The notes under the pieces: model-generated
Databases searched by the model: none
What the model saw: only the letters and a program-made list of their open reading frames with translations
Told to the model about the DNA's origin: nothing
Translations under genes and position numbers: made by a program
Shown: positions 8,405 through 16,731 of the stretch, in pieces
Layout of the letters: every line of letters starts with the position of its first letter
Position numbering within the stretch: the first letter of the stretch is position 1
Assembly (NCBI GenBank): GCA_963677595.1
Contig: OY782041.1
Span: 576,001-640,000, forward strand
Origin: Spirochaetia bacterium
GTDB lineage: Bacteria; Spirochaetota; Spirochaetia; CAKZLE01
Length of the DNA: 64,000 bases
Reading direction: 5' to 3'

Positions 8405-10621
8405 ATGCAGCACCGAATGGTTGGAAGACATATCGCACGGGTGGACGGGCCGGAGAAGGCCACGGGAAGGTTGGAGTATATGTCCGATATCACCGTGCCG
8501 GGTATGCTCTACGGCAAGATCCTCCTCTCACCATACCATCGTGCTGAGATCGTGCATCTCGATCACACCGAAGCCATGAAGGTCAGGGGTGTCGTGAAGG
8601 TCGTCACCGCAGATGACATCCCCGGGGAGAACGCCCGCGGGCTCATCATACAGGACCAGCCGGTCCTCTGCGACAGGTTCGTGAACTTCAAGGGCGACGC
8701 GGTCGCCGTCGTCGTTGCGGAGAGTGAGGAAGCGGCATTAGAGGCCTGCAGCCTCATACAGGTCGACTATAGAGAACTCCCGTATACCAGGACAGCCGAA
8801 GAGTCCCTTGAGCCGGGTGCCCCGGAGATCCATGAGGGCGGCAACATCGCCGCCCGGAATGCCTTCAGCTCTACCGATGATATCGAATCAGTCTTTGCTA
8901 GAGCACCCCATGTCTTCGATGAGACGTTCGAGACCGGGTACCAGGAACATGCCTACTTAGAGGCAGAGAACGGCTTCGCAGTCCCCCGTGAGGACGGCAG
9001 TATCGAGATCTGGTACGGGTGCCAGCATGGGCATCGGGCCAGGAGGGACCTCCAGGCGATCCTGGATCTCCCGTTAGAGAAGATCGAGGTCCACTCCCAC
9101 CCCCTTGGGGGAGGCTTCGGGGGGAAGGATGACCTGCTGCTGCAGGGGATCCTCGCAGTATGCGCCCTCGCCTGCAGGCGGCCCGTCGCAATCAACCTTA
9201 CCAGGGAAGAATCCTTCCGGATGAGCCCGAAGCGGATGCCCTTCCAGATCAGGACGAGGATCGCAGCTGATGCAGAAGGGAACCTGCTGGCACTCAAGGT
9301 GAATATACTGGGCACCGCTGGAGCCTATATGTCCTACGCGCCGGCGATCCTCGATTTCGCCCTGGAGCTCTGCACCGGGATATACTTCTTCCCCCACCTC
9401 GATATTGAAGGCAGGGTGGCATACACGAACAGCCATCTCGTCAGCGCGTTCCGGGGGTTCGGGAACATCCAGGTCGCTTTCGCTATCGAGTCCATGATGG
9501 ACATCATCGCCGAGAGACTCCAGCTCGACAAGCTCGAGCTTCGTCGCCGGAACATGGTCACTCCCGGGCAGAAGCATAGTTTCGGCAACGTCTCCAGTAC
9601 CAGCTATTATTCTCAGGAGCTGATAGACAGGGTAGAGAAGTCCGCCCTTCTCAACCGGGCTGGTGAGTTCAAGGCCGGGGCAGCTAAGCCTTGGCTGAAG
9701 CGCGGCATCGGCATCGCGACGACCCATCAGGGCATGGGGTTCGGAAGCCCTGCCATTAACGATGCCTCGACCTGTGAGGTCGAGCTCCGGGAAGACGGGA
9801 GGCTCCATGTCTTCTTCGGTAATGAGGATATGGGACAGGGAAGTATCACCACCCTGCTGATCATGGCTGCCGAGGCGATGCATATGCCGATCGACCAGAT
9901 CTCCTACACCAATGGGAATACGGCATTGACCCAGGACTCAGGCCCGATCACCGCATCACGCGTGACCTATGTCTCGGGGAAAGCCGTCTGCCGCTGCATC
10001 GAGAAACTCCAGGGTCACATAGCTTCAGTCCTGAGCTGTGAAGTCGCAGAGCTCAGCTATACTGATGGAGGGGTGAACGGGAGAAGCTGGCAGGAGATCG
10101 CCGGGATGCTCCCGCCCGGGGACAGGCGCCAGGCACATACGGAAGCGATCGCGAAAGAGGGGTTCCAGACCTCAGTCAGCCTGAACCTCTTCTACTGCCA
10201 TGCTGCGCTTGTCGCCGGGGTGGAGGTCAACACCCTGACAGGAGAGACGATGGTACTTGAGACGGAGATCATCGTCTCCAGCGGGACGGTCATCAACCCC
10301 CTCGGGTATGAGGGGCAGTGTGAAGGCGGTGTCCTCATGAGCCAGGGGTTCGCCCTGACCGAGGAGTACCAGGACGGGACGAGGAACTTCCAGACCTATA
10401 TGGTCCCGACCTTCGCCGATATGCCGGAGATCAAGGTCACCCCGATCGAGGATCCCGAGGAGACCGGGCCGTACGGGGCCAAGGGACTTGGTGAGATAGT
10501 CAACGTGCCCGGGGCCCCGGCAATCATCAACGCGGTACATGATGCCGTGGGGATCAGGCTCATGAAGCTGCCGGCGACCTCCCAATCGGTGCTGACTGCC
10601 CTGACCGAAGGCATGGCATGA
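8405..10621 (+). CDS. Xanthine dehydrogenase family molybdopterin-binding subunit
   Basis: QEHAYLE, GGGFGGK, AFRGFG, DMGQG and GAKGLGE motifs. Confidence 0.93.
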   Translation: MQHRMVGRHIARVDGPEKATGRLEYMSDITVPGMLYGKILLSPYHRAEIVHLDHTEAMKVRGVVKVVTADDIPGENARGLIIQDQPVLCDRFVNFKGDAVAVVVAESEEAALEACSLIQVDYRELPYTRTAEESLEPGAPEIHEGGNIAARNAFSSTDDIESVFARAPHVFDETFETGYQEHAYLEAENGFAVPREDGSIEIWYGCQHGHRARRDLQAILDLPLEKIEVHSHPLGGGFGGKDDLLLQGILAVCALACRRPVAINLTREESFRMSPKRMPFQIRTRIAADAEGNLLALKVNILGTAGAYMSYAPAILDFALELCTGIYFFPHLDIEGRVAYTNSHLVSAFRGFGNIQVAFAIESMMDIIAERLQLDKLELRRRNMVTPGQKHSFGNVSSTSYYSQELIDRVEKSALLNRAGEFKAGAAKPWLKRGIGIATTHQGMGFGSPAINDASTCEVELREDGRLHVFFGNEDMGQGSITTLLIMAAEAMHMPIDQISYTNGNTALTQDSGPITASRVTYVSGKAVCRCIEKLQGHIASVLSCEVAELSYTDGGVNGRSWQEIAGMLPPGDRRQAHTEAIAKEGFQTSVSLNLFYCHAALVAGVEVNTLTGETMVLETEIIVSSGTVINPLGYEGQCEGGVLMSQGFALTEEYQDGTRNFQTYMVPTFADMPEIKVTPIEDPEETGPYGAKGLGEIVNVPGAPAIINAVHDAVGIRLMKLPATSQSVLTALTEGMA

Positions 10622-10654
10622 TACAAGAGATCACGAACAGAGAAGAGAGATAAG

Positions 10655-11131
10655 ATGCTGCATATACGATTTACACTGAACAACGAAGAAGTCGAGGCTG
10701 CTATCCCAGAGGGGACCAGGGTCATCGACCTGATCAGGGACACGTTCAAGCTGACGGGGACCAAGGAGTCCTGCGGCCAGGGGGAATGCGGGTCGTGCAC
10801 GATCCTCCTTGATGATGAGGCCGTTCACTCCTGCCTGCTCCTGGCAGCCCAGGTAGATGGGCATCGGATCGTGACGATCGAGGGACTTGAGAAGGACGGC
10901 GAACTCGATGTACTGCAGCAGGCATTCATCGATGCCGGGGCGATCCAATGCGGATACTGCACCCCCGGTATGATCATGGCGGCGAAGGGGCTGCTGCTTC
11001 ATAATCCATCACCAAGCCCTGAGGAGATCAGGGAAGCGATGTCCGGGAACCTGTGCCGGTGCACCGGGTACAAGAAGATCGGTGAAGCCGTCGCGCTGTC
11101 AGCCGAACGGCAACAAGGTTCGGGGGTATGA
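10655..11131 (+). CDS. Xanthine dehydrogenase family (2Fe-2S) subunit
   Basis: CGQGECGSCT, QCGYCTPG and GNLCRCTGY motifs. Confidence 0.95.
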   Translation: MLHIRFTLNNEEVEAAIPEGTRVIDLIRDTFKLTGTKESCGQGECGSCTILLDDEAVHSCLLLAAQVDGHRIVTIEGLEKDGELDVLQQAFIDAGAIQCGYCTPGMIMAAKGLLLHNPSPSPEEIREAMSGNLCRCTGYKKIGEAVALSAERQQGSGV

Positions 11132-11970
11132 GTATGAGGCTCTCCATAGACAAGATCTATCAATGCGAAACCATAGACCAAGCCCTGGATCAACTCAAGC
11201 AGGATCCTTCAGCGATCGTGCTGGCGGCAGGGACGGATATCATCCCTACCCTTCGTGACCGTGTTCAGGAGCATGTCAGGCTCGTGGACCTGCAGGGTAT
11301 ACAGGGACTGGACCATATCAGGCTTGAGGAGGGTGTTCTGAGAATCGGGTCCATGGCCATGCACCAGGAGATCGCGGACAACCCGGTCGTGGGAGACCTG
11401 CTGCCGGCCCTGGCCCAGGCCTGCCGGGTGATCGGATCCCCGCAGATCCGCAGGCGTGCGACCATCGGGGGGAATATATGCCATGCATCGCCAGCGGCAG
11501 ACACCCTGCCCGTTCTCGTTGCAGTTGGTGCCCATGCAGTCATCAGAACCCCGGAAGGGACGAGAACCGTCCTGCTGGAGCAGTTCACTACCGGCGTGAA
11601 GAAGACGGTCATGCCGCAGGCTGCGATCCTTGAAGAAATAACGATTCCCATCCCTGCAGGCGGTTGGAAGGGGAACTACTACCGCCTGGGAGGGAGGAAT
11701 GCCCTCACCATCTCGATAGCGGCTGTTGCAGTCATACGGGATACAGACGGGTTCCGGGTGGCTTATGGGTCCATGGCCCCGGTCGTAAGAAGGATCCAGG
11801 CTGTTGAGACATACCTGAATACCTGTGAGCATGCAGACAAGGCTGTCCTGAATGATCTAACGACCCAATCCCTCTCCCCTATTTCAGATATTCGGGCTTC
11901 AAAGGAATATAGGACACAAGTAGCTGCCAACTTCACCTGGCTTGGGTGGCAAGAGTTGATGGGTGTGTGA
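11128..11970 (+). CDS. Xanthine dehydrogenase family FAD-binding subunit
   Basis: AAGTD, IGSPQIRRRATIGGN, ASPAAD and DIRASKEYR motifs. Confidence 0.93.
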   Translation: MSMRLSIDKIYQCETIDQALDQLKQDPSAIVLAAGTDIIPTLRDRVQEHVRLVDLQGIQGLDHIRLEEGVLRIGSMAMHQEIADNPVVGDLLPALAQACRVIGSPQIRRRATIGGNICHASPAADTLPVLVAVGAHAVIRTPEGTRTVLLEQFTTGVKKTVMPQAAILEEITIPIPAGGWKGNYYRLGGRNALTISIAAVAVIRDTDGFRVAYGSMAPVVRRIQAVETYLNTCEHADKAVLNDLTTQSLSPISDIRASKEYRTQVAANFTWLGWQELMGV

Positions 11971-12062
11971 GGGAGCCCAGCCTGCACGTGTATGGTATCT
12001 GAGGTTTCATTCGTCTTACTGTCTTACTTGCCTGGTATAAGAAGTTATAGTATGCTTTGAGT

Positions 12063-12356
12063 ATGAGATTGAGGGAAAAGGAACTGGCCATCATTATATC
12101 AACGTTGAAGGAGCATACTCCTGATGCATCGATGTATCTCTTTGGAAGCCGAGTCGATGACAACGCCCGCGGCGGTGATATCGATCTTTTTCTCTCCACT
12201 AATAGAGAAGTCTCCCTGGACGAAAAGATCAGCATGCTCACTCATCTCGCAAGGAACGGGATCTGCCGCAAGGTGGATCTCATCATACAGACACCTCACA
12301 AGAGGCAGCATACCCTGTCCCGGGAAGTGATGAAGAGAGGGATTCGATTATGCTGA
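12063..12356 (+). CDS. Minimal nucleotidyltransferase (MNT) antitoxin
   Basis: LFGSR-x7-GDIDL motif; 97 aa; overlaps the HEPN gene. Confidence 0.88.
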   Translation: MRLREKELAIIISTLKEHTPDASMYLFGSRVDDNARGGDIDLFLSTNREVSLDEKISMLTHLARNGICRKVDLIIQTPHKRQHTLSREVMKRGIRLC

Positions 12357-12823
12357 AAAAGAATCCTCAACTCCTGTTCAAGGACTATCTCGTCAAAGCT
12401 GAATTGCATATAACTAGAGGCAGAACCGCTCGTGAGGAGATTCAGGGATGGGATCTGTTGTCCCCTGCTGTATTTCTTGATCCTGAGAAAGTAAAGACGA
12501 TTGATTCTTTCATCTTCCGGTTCGTGAAGCTCCAGGATCTTATCGGCCAGAAGCTCTTCAAACTCTATCTGGATGTCGTAGGAGAACTTCAGGATGATAT
12601 GTCCTTTCTTGATGTTCTTGACAGACTCGAGAAGTTGCATATTATCAAGGACTCTGACCGATGGTTTGGTTTTCGTAGACTGCGCAATGAACTCACGCAT
12701 GAATATCCTGACAATGAGTCTGAGATTATCGAGGGTATCACACTTGCTCTCGAGGCCTTCGATGAGACGGTCATGATCATAGATCGATTGAACATGGAAG
12801 CGAAACGGTTTCCTGGGGAGTGA
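12350..12823 (+). CDS. HEPN-domain RNase toxin (MNT-HEPN pair)
   Basis: RNELTH (Rx4H) catalytic motif followed by EY; paired with the MNT gene. Confidence 0.85.
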   Translation: MLKKNPQLLFKDYLVKAELHITRGRTAREEIQGWDLLSPAVFLDPEKVKTIDSFIFRFVKLQDLIGQKLFKLYLDVVGELQDDMSFLDVLDRLEKLHIIKDSDRWFGFRRLRNELTHEYPDNESEIIEGITLALEAFDETVMIIDRLNMEAKRFPGE

Positions 12824-12912
12824 AGGACTCGGGTTGACGCCTTAAAAAAATATCGGCTGAGATTTCTCCCAGCCGGTAATGATTTTTCATCGTATGAAAG
12901 TTCATAAGGAAG

Positions 12913-12984
12913 AGCGGCTGAAGGGAGTCGAACCCTCGTCACGAGCTTGGGAAGCTCGGGTAATAGCCGTTATACGACAGCCGC
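12913..12984 (-). tRNA. tRNA-Gly (CCC)
   Basis: Cloverleaf: GCGGCTG/CAGCCGC acceptor stem, CGAGC-TTCCCAA-GCTCG anticodon arm, GGTTCGACTC T arm. CCA is not encoded. Confidence 0.96.
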
Positions 12985-13003
12985 AGGTAACCGAACACAA
13001 GTC

Positions 13004-13031
13004 ATTATACCGAACTTGAAGAATTAATCAA
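13004..13031 (-). promoter_or_regulatory. Promoter of tRNA-Gly
   Basis: TTGATT-16 nt-TATAAT, 19 nt upstream of the tRNA 5' end. Confidence 0.7.
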
Positions 13032-13132
13032 CTATTTATGGTCAATTCATCAGAATATAGTAAGCCACCCGGGCATCCTGGTTGAGCTATGCCGGAATAT
13101 CACATCCTACAGAGTATCAGCATTTTCAGACG
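13005..13132. repeat. Left copy of 128-bp target-site duplication
   Basis: Matches 15291-15418 at 127/128 positions (mismatch 13102 a / 15388 c) and abuts the IS left end. Confidence 0.93.
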
Positions 13133-15290
13133 CCGGTCTTTTTACCAGAATTAGCGAGTATGCCCATTTTCCCCATTTCAGCCCTGTCTAGGGCTATTTT
13201 TTTGGCCATTACGAATTTTTAAAGAAATATTACTGTGCTACGTTGTACCACGTTGCGCCACGCTACCAAATGTGTTACACTATATTACACAGGAGGTAGC
13301 CCATGTATGTCTCCGTTATCCCAGAACACGCAACCGGCAAGCATCTGATGCAGTACGTCACAAGTACCCGCAAAGGGAAAAAGACTAAGAAAACCACGGA
13401 GGAAACCATCGGCTATGTCGAGGACTTCCTTGATCGCTATGATGACCCGGTCGCTCACTTCAAAGCAGAGGCCAAGCGGATCACAGCAGAGCGGAAAGCT
13501 CAGCAGAAGACTATAGGGGTTGAACTCCAACCCGATGCACGGCTTCCCTTCGATCCGGATACCCACAGCTTCTCCCGTGAATTCAACATCGGCCATGCGG
13601 CGATCAGTCAGGTATTCCACACCCTTGACCTCCACACCTTCTTTGATCGGCGCCGGATAAAGCTTGATGTGCAGTTCAATCTGACCGCTGTCATGAAACT
13701 CCTCATCTATGAGCGTATTCTGGCTCCTGCCTCCAAACGCGCTACCTGGAAGTCTCGAAGGCGATACTTTGACAAGATGGACTTCAATCTCAATGCGGTA
13801 TACCAGACCCTTTCTCACATCAACCCCTGGACTGATGACCTGATCGCTCACCTGCATGCGAAGATGGTAGAACTCTATGACCGGGATACCACCCTCATGT
13901 ACTATGATGTGACCAACTACTACTTTGAGATCGACGAAGCTGATGATTTTCGCATAAGGGGAATCTGCAAGGAGCACCGTCCGTTACCGATCGTGCAGAT
14001 GGGGCTGTTCATGGATGAACAGGGCTTCCCGGTGTCCTTTGACTTGTTTCCCGGTAATGTCAATGACTGCCTGACCTTTGAAGCAATGAGCGAGCATGCC
14101 AGAACCCTGTTTGAGGCCAAGCATCTGATCTTCGTAGCTGACAAGGCCATGCTCACGGGGAACAACATCGCAGATGTGATCCTCCATCATAACGGGTATG
14201 TCTTCAGCAAGTCGGTACGGGGCGGGACGAAAAAACTCAAGCAGGCGGTCAGGGATCCTCATGGCTATCTGCGGTTTGCGGAAGACGGGAAGCTCATTGC
14301 GCCTGGTGACAACGAGACGGCAGTCTGGTCCAAGTACAAGATCCTTGATGAGCAGAAACCCACCTATGTGACGAACACGGACGGCAAGCGGGTAGCCTCC
14401 TCAGGTGTTGGCCACTACCAGATCATCTATTGGTCACGTGCGTATGACAAACGAGCCAAAGCGCAGCGGCTGGAAGCGGTAGAGCATGCGCTTGATGCAT
14501 CATCACGGCAGAGTAAGGAAGTCATCGACAGTAACTACGGGAAGAACAAGTATCTGATGACCATGGTCTATGATCCCCAGACCAAGAAGTATACCGACAA
14601 CTATAAGGCCAAGACGGAGTTTGATGCTGCCAAGCTTGAAGAAGATGAGTCGTTTGACGGATTCTATGTCATTGAGACCAATGTGACGGGGCTCAGACCG
14701 TTTGTCGATGCCAGGGGACATGAGACCGGTGAACTCGAGCCTGCGTTTGCCACACCTCACCGCTGGCTCAAAGAAGAGGGCATGCTGCAGCTCAACCGGC
14801 CGATTGGCCCTCTGGATATTATTACGATGTACCATGGGCTGTGGAAGATCGAACAGTCCTTCAGGGTCACCAAGAGTGAGTTGGATGCCCGTCCGGTCTT
14901 TCTGTCTTTAGAGGATCGAATTCATTCCCACTTCCTTACCTGCTTCATCGCTCTGCTCATCCTGCGTATCCTGGAGCATGAACTCGATCATGAATTCTCA
15001 ACAGAGCAGATAGGGACTTCCCTGAATCAGGCGAATGTCGCAGAGATCACTGGGGCAACGTACATGACTTTGCAGTACGATGAAGTCCAAAAGGCTTTGA
15101 AGGAAAAGATGGGAATCCCGTTCGGCATGAATGTATACTCGAGAGCTGCGATCAAGAAGATGATCGCTGAGACGAAAAAAAACCGGAAACGGTAGGGACG
15201 TACTACAAGTTTTTTTAGCCAGGTGCTGACCTATTGTGTTGTATTGCAATAGGTTAGCGCCGTCATTTCCTAAATTGGTAAAAACACAGG
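13133..15290 (+). mobile_element. IS1634-family insertion sequence, apparently complete (2158 bp)
   Basis: Imperfect terminal IRs CCGGTCTTTTTACCA and (reverse complement) CCTGTGTTTTTACCA; a single transposase; long flanking direct repeats. Confidence 0.92.
13303..15195 (+). CDS. IS1634-family DDE transposase
   Basis: YYDVTNYYFE, G.CKEHRP, FVADKAM and Y..LWKIEQSFRVTKS motifs; GGAGGT RBS; TTGCGC-17-TACACT promoter at 13253-13281. Confidence 0.93.
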   Translation: MYVSVIPEHATGKHLMQYVTSTRKGKKTKKTTEETIGYVEDFLDRYDDPVAHFKAEAKRITAERKAQQKTIGVELQPDARLPFDPDTHSFSREFNIGHAAISQVFHTLDLHTFFDRRRIKLDVQFNLTAVMKLLIYERILAPASKRATWKSRRRYFDKMDFNLNAVYQTLSHINPWTDDLIAHLHAKMVELYDRDTTLMYYDVTNYYFEIDEADDFRIRGICKEHRPLPIVQMGLFMDEQGFPVSFDLFPGNVNDCLTFEAMSEHARTLFEAKHLIFVADKAMLTGNNIADVILHHNGYVFSKSVRGGTKKLKQAVRDPHGYLRFAEDGKLIAPGDNETAVWSKYKILDEQKPTYVTNTDGKRVASSGVGHYQIIYWSRAYDKRAKAQRLEAVEHALDASSRQSKEVIDSNYGKNKYLMTMVYDPQTKKYTDNYKAKTEFDAAKLEEDESFDGFYVIETNVTGLRPFVDARGHETGELEPAFATPHRWLKEEGMLQLNRPIGPLDIITMYHGLWKIEQSFRVTKSELDARPVFLSLEDRIHSHFLTCFIALLILRILEHELDHEFSTEQIGTSLNQANVAEITGATYMTLQYDEVQKALKEKMGIPFGMNVYSRAAIKKMIAETKKNRKR

Positions 15291-15418
15291 TTATACCGAA
15301 CTTGAAGAATTAATCAACTATTTATGGTCAATTCATCAGAATATAGTAAGCCACCCGGGCATCCTGGTTGAGCTATGCCGGAATATCCCATCCTACAGAG
15401 TATCAGCATTTTCAGACG
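15291..15418. repeat. Right copy of 128-bp target-site duplication
   Basis: Direct repeat of 13005-13132; includes the last 26 nt of the antitoxin gene. Confidence 0.93.
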
Positions 15419-15881
15419 GGACTGAAGTTCGAGGCATCTCATTATCAAGTATCCTGTATAGGTACTCTTTCAGAAGCATCTTGACCGTCGTTCCTCTCTG
15501 TATTGCTTCTTGTTTGATCCTGTCCTGCAATTCGTAAGGAACCGTGAATGAGTATTCATCCATTGGAGAGATGAACAGGGATCCATTGACTGCTGTACTC
15601 ATCTTCCTCAGGATGTCGTAACTCGGCTTGCCTTTCATCCTGAGTACCCGTGAGATCGCGCTTTGCTTTGTCCCCATGGTTCTTGCGATATCATCTTGGG
15701 TCAAGTTCTGGATATCTTTCAGGAATTCAAAATCGAGTATGAACTGTGATAGAGCACCCCATGTCTCTTCGAATTCAAGAAACTTTTTATCCCCTTCAAC
15801 CAATTCATCAACATATGAATCGATATCATCTATGGGCTTCAATTCCAATGAATCAAGTTCTGGATTCTCTTCTCTTCTCAT
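15393..15881 (-). CDS. XRE-HTH antitoxin with probable C-terminal ribbon-helix-helix
   Basis: HTH LTQDDIARTMGTKQSAISR, then an RHH-like segment FTVPYELQDRIKQEAIQRGTTVKMLLKEYL. Confidence 0.75.
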   Translation of the reverse strand: MRREENPELDSLELKPIDDIDSYVDELVEGDKKFLEFEETWGALSQFILDFEFLKDIQNLTQDDIARTMGTKQSAISRVLRMKGKPSYDILRKMSTAVNGSLFISPMDEYSFTVPYELQDRIKQEAIQRGTTVKMLLKEYLYRILDNEMPRTSVPSENADTL

Positions 15882-16263
15882 ATTCCCTTACAGCCTCCCT
15901 CTTGATTCTTGCAGCTCGTTCGAATTCAGGCGGGATCTTATCATTCCGCTTAAATTCCGCATGTAGGATCAGTATGGCATTCCTCCTGGTTGGATGCGTA
16001 ATAAAATAGATTCTTGTTACTCCATCAGAACAATGGTCTGACGGGATCCTGATCTCTGAGATACCGCCTCCTAATGACTTAAGCTTTTTAGTCATATAGT
16101 GAACTCCCAGACTGTCCAGATCAGTTTGCTGCAGAACTTTCAAGAAAGCTTTCAACTGAAGCATGATAGATTCCCGTCTTCTGCGTCGCAACGTGTCAAA
16201 CAGTCTTTTCAACACACTTGTACCGACACAGTTCAGTTCTGTCGGGTATTGGAATATTTCCAT
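15853..16263 (-). CDS. RelE/HigB (Gp49-like) toxin
   Basis: KKL..LGGGISEIRI...TRIYF...LILHAEFK pattern; toxin-first; AGGAG RBS; AT-rich relative to flanks. Confidence 0.75.
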   Translation of the reverse strand: MEIFQYPTELNCVGTSVLKRLFDTLRRRRRESIMLQLKAFLKVLQQTDLDSLGVHYMTKKLKSLGGGISEIRIPSDHCSDGVTRIYFITHPTRRNAILILHAEFKRNDKIPPEFERAARIKREAVREYEKRRESRT

Positions 16264-16274
16264 CCAGACTCCTA

Positions 16275-16303
16275 AAATATAACATATTTGTTATATTTGT
16301 CAA
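16275..16303 (-). promoter_or_regulatory. TA promoter with palindromic operator
   Basis: AAATATAACA-tatt-TGTTATATTT inverted repeat (16275-16298) overlapping TTGACA-16-TATATT. Confidence 0.75.
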
Positions 16304-16580
16304 TGTAAAATCGATCCACTGCATGTGTACTGAAGCGATACATACAGGCAGGACATGTATCAATACTACGATAGACTGACAAACTAACCTATACCCTTCT
16401 TATTGTACCTGAACCGGTAAATTACCATCTTCTCAGCAGGTCATCTTTCTAGCCCTCGTTCAATCCTTTAGCAGCAGGTAGTACCGGCAGGCCAACCTTT
16501 ATCATGTTGAGGCAGGAAGTCATTACCGTGGTGTGTATCAATAGTGAAAAGAGGGTAAAGTATTCTTATGATCAAATGAT

Positions 16581-16642
16581 GGGAGTCGGACCCTCGTCAC
16601 GAGCTTGGGAAGCTCGGGTACCAACCGTTATACAGGAGCCGC
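16581..16642 (-). pseudogene. Degenerate, 3'-truncated copy of tRNA-Gly(CCC)
   Basis: 55/62 identity to 12923-12984. Anticodon arm is intact, T loop is mutated and the 3' acceptor strand is missing. Confidence 0.85.
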
Positions 16643-16685
16643 AATACAGGAACTTAGATCTTTTCACTGAACATGCAGCATGCAG

Positions 16686-16731
16686 GGTCAATTCATCAGA
16701 ATATAGTAAGCCACCCGGGCATCCTGGTTGA
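16686..16731. repeat. 46-bp patatin 3'-end sequence present three times
   Basis: Identical at 13040-13085, 15326-15371 and 16686-16731. Confidence 0.9.

Noticed and set aside
16504-16731. 75-aa ORF over the pseudo-tRNA
   Set aside because: It is composed of tRNA-derived and patatin-antisense sequence, so it is likely spurious.
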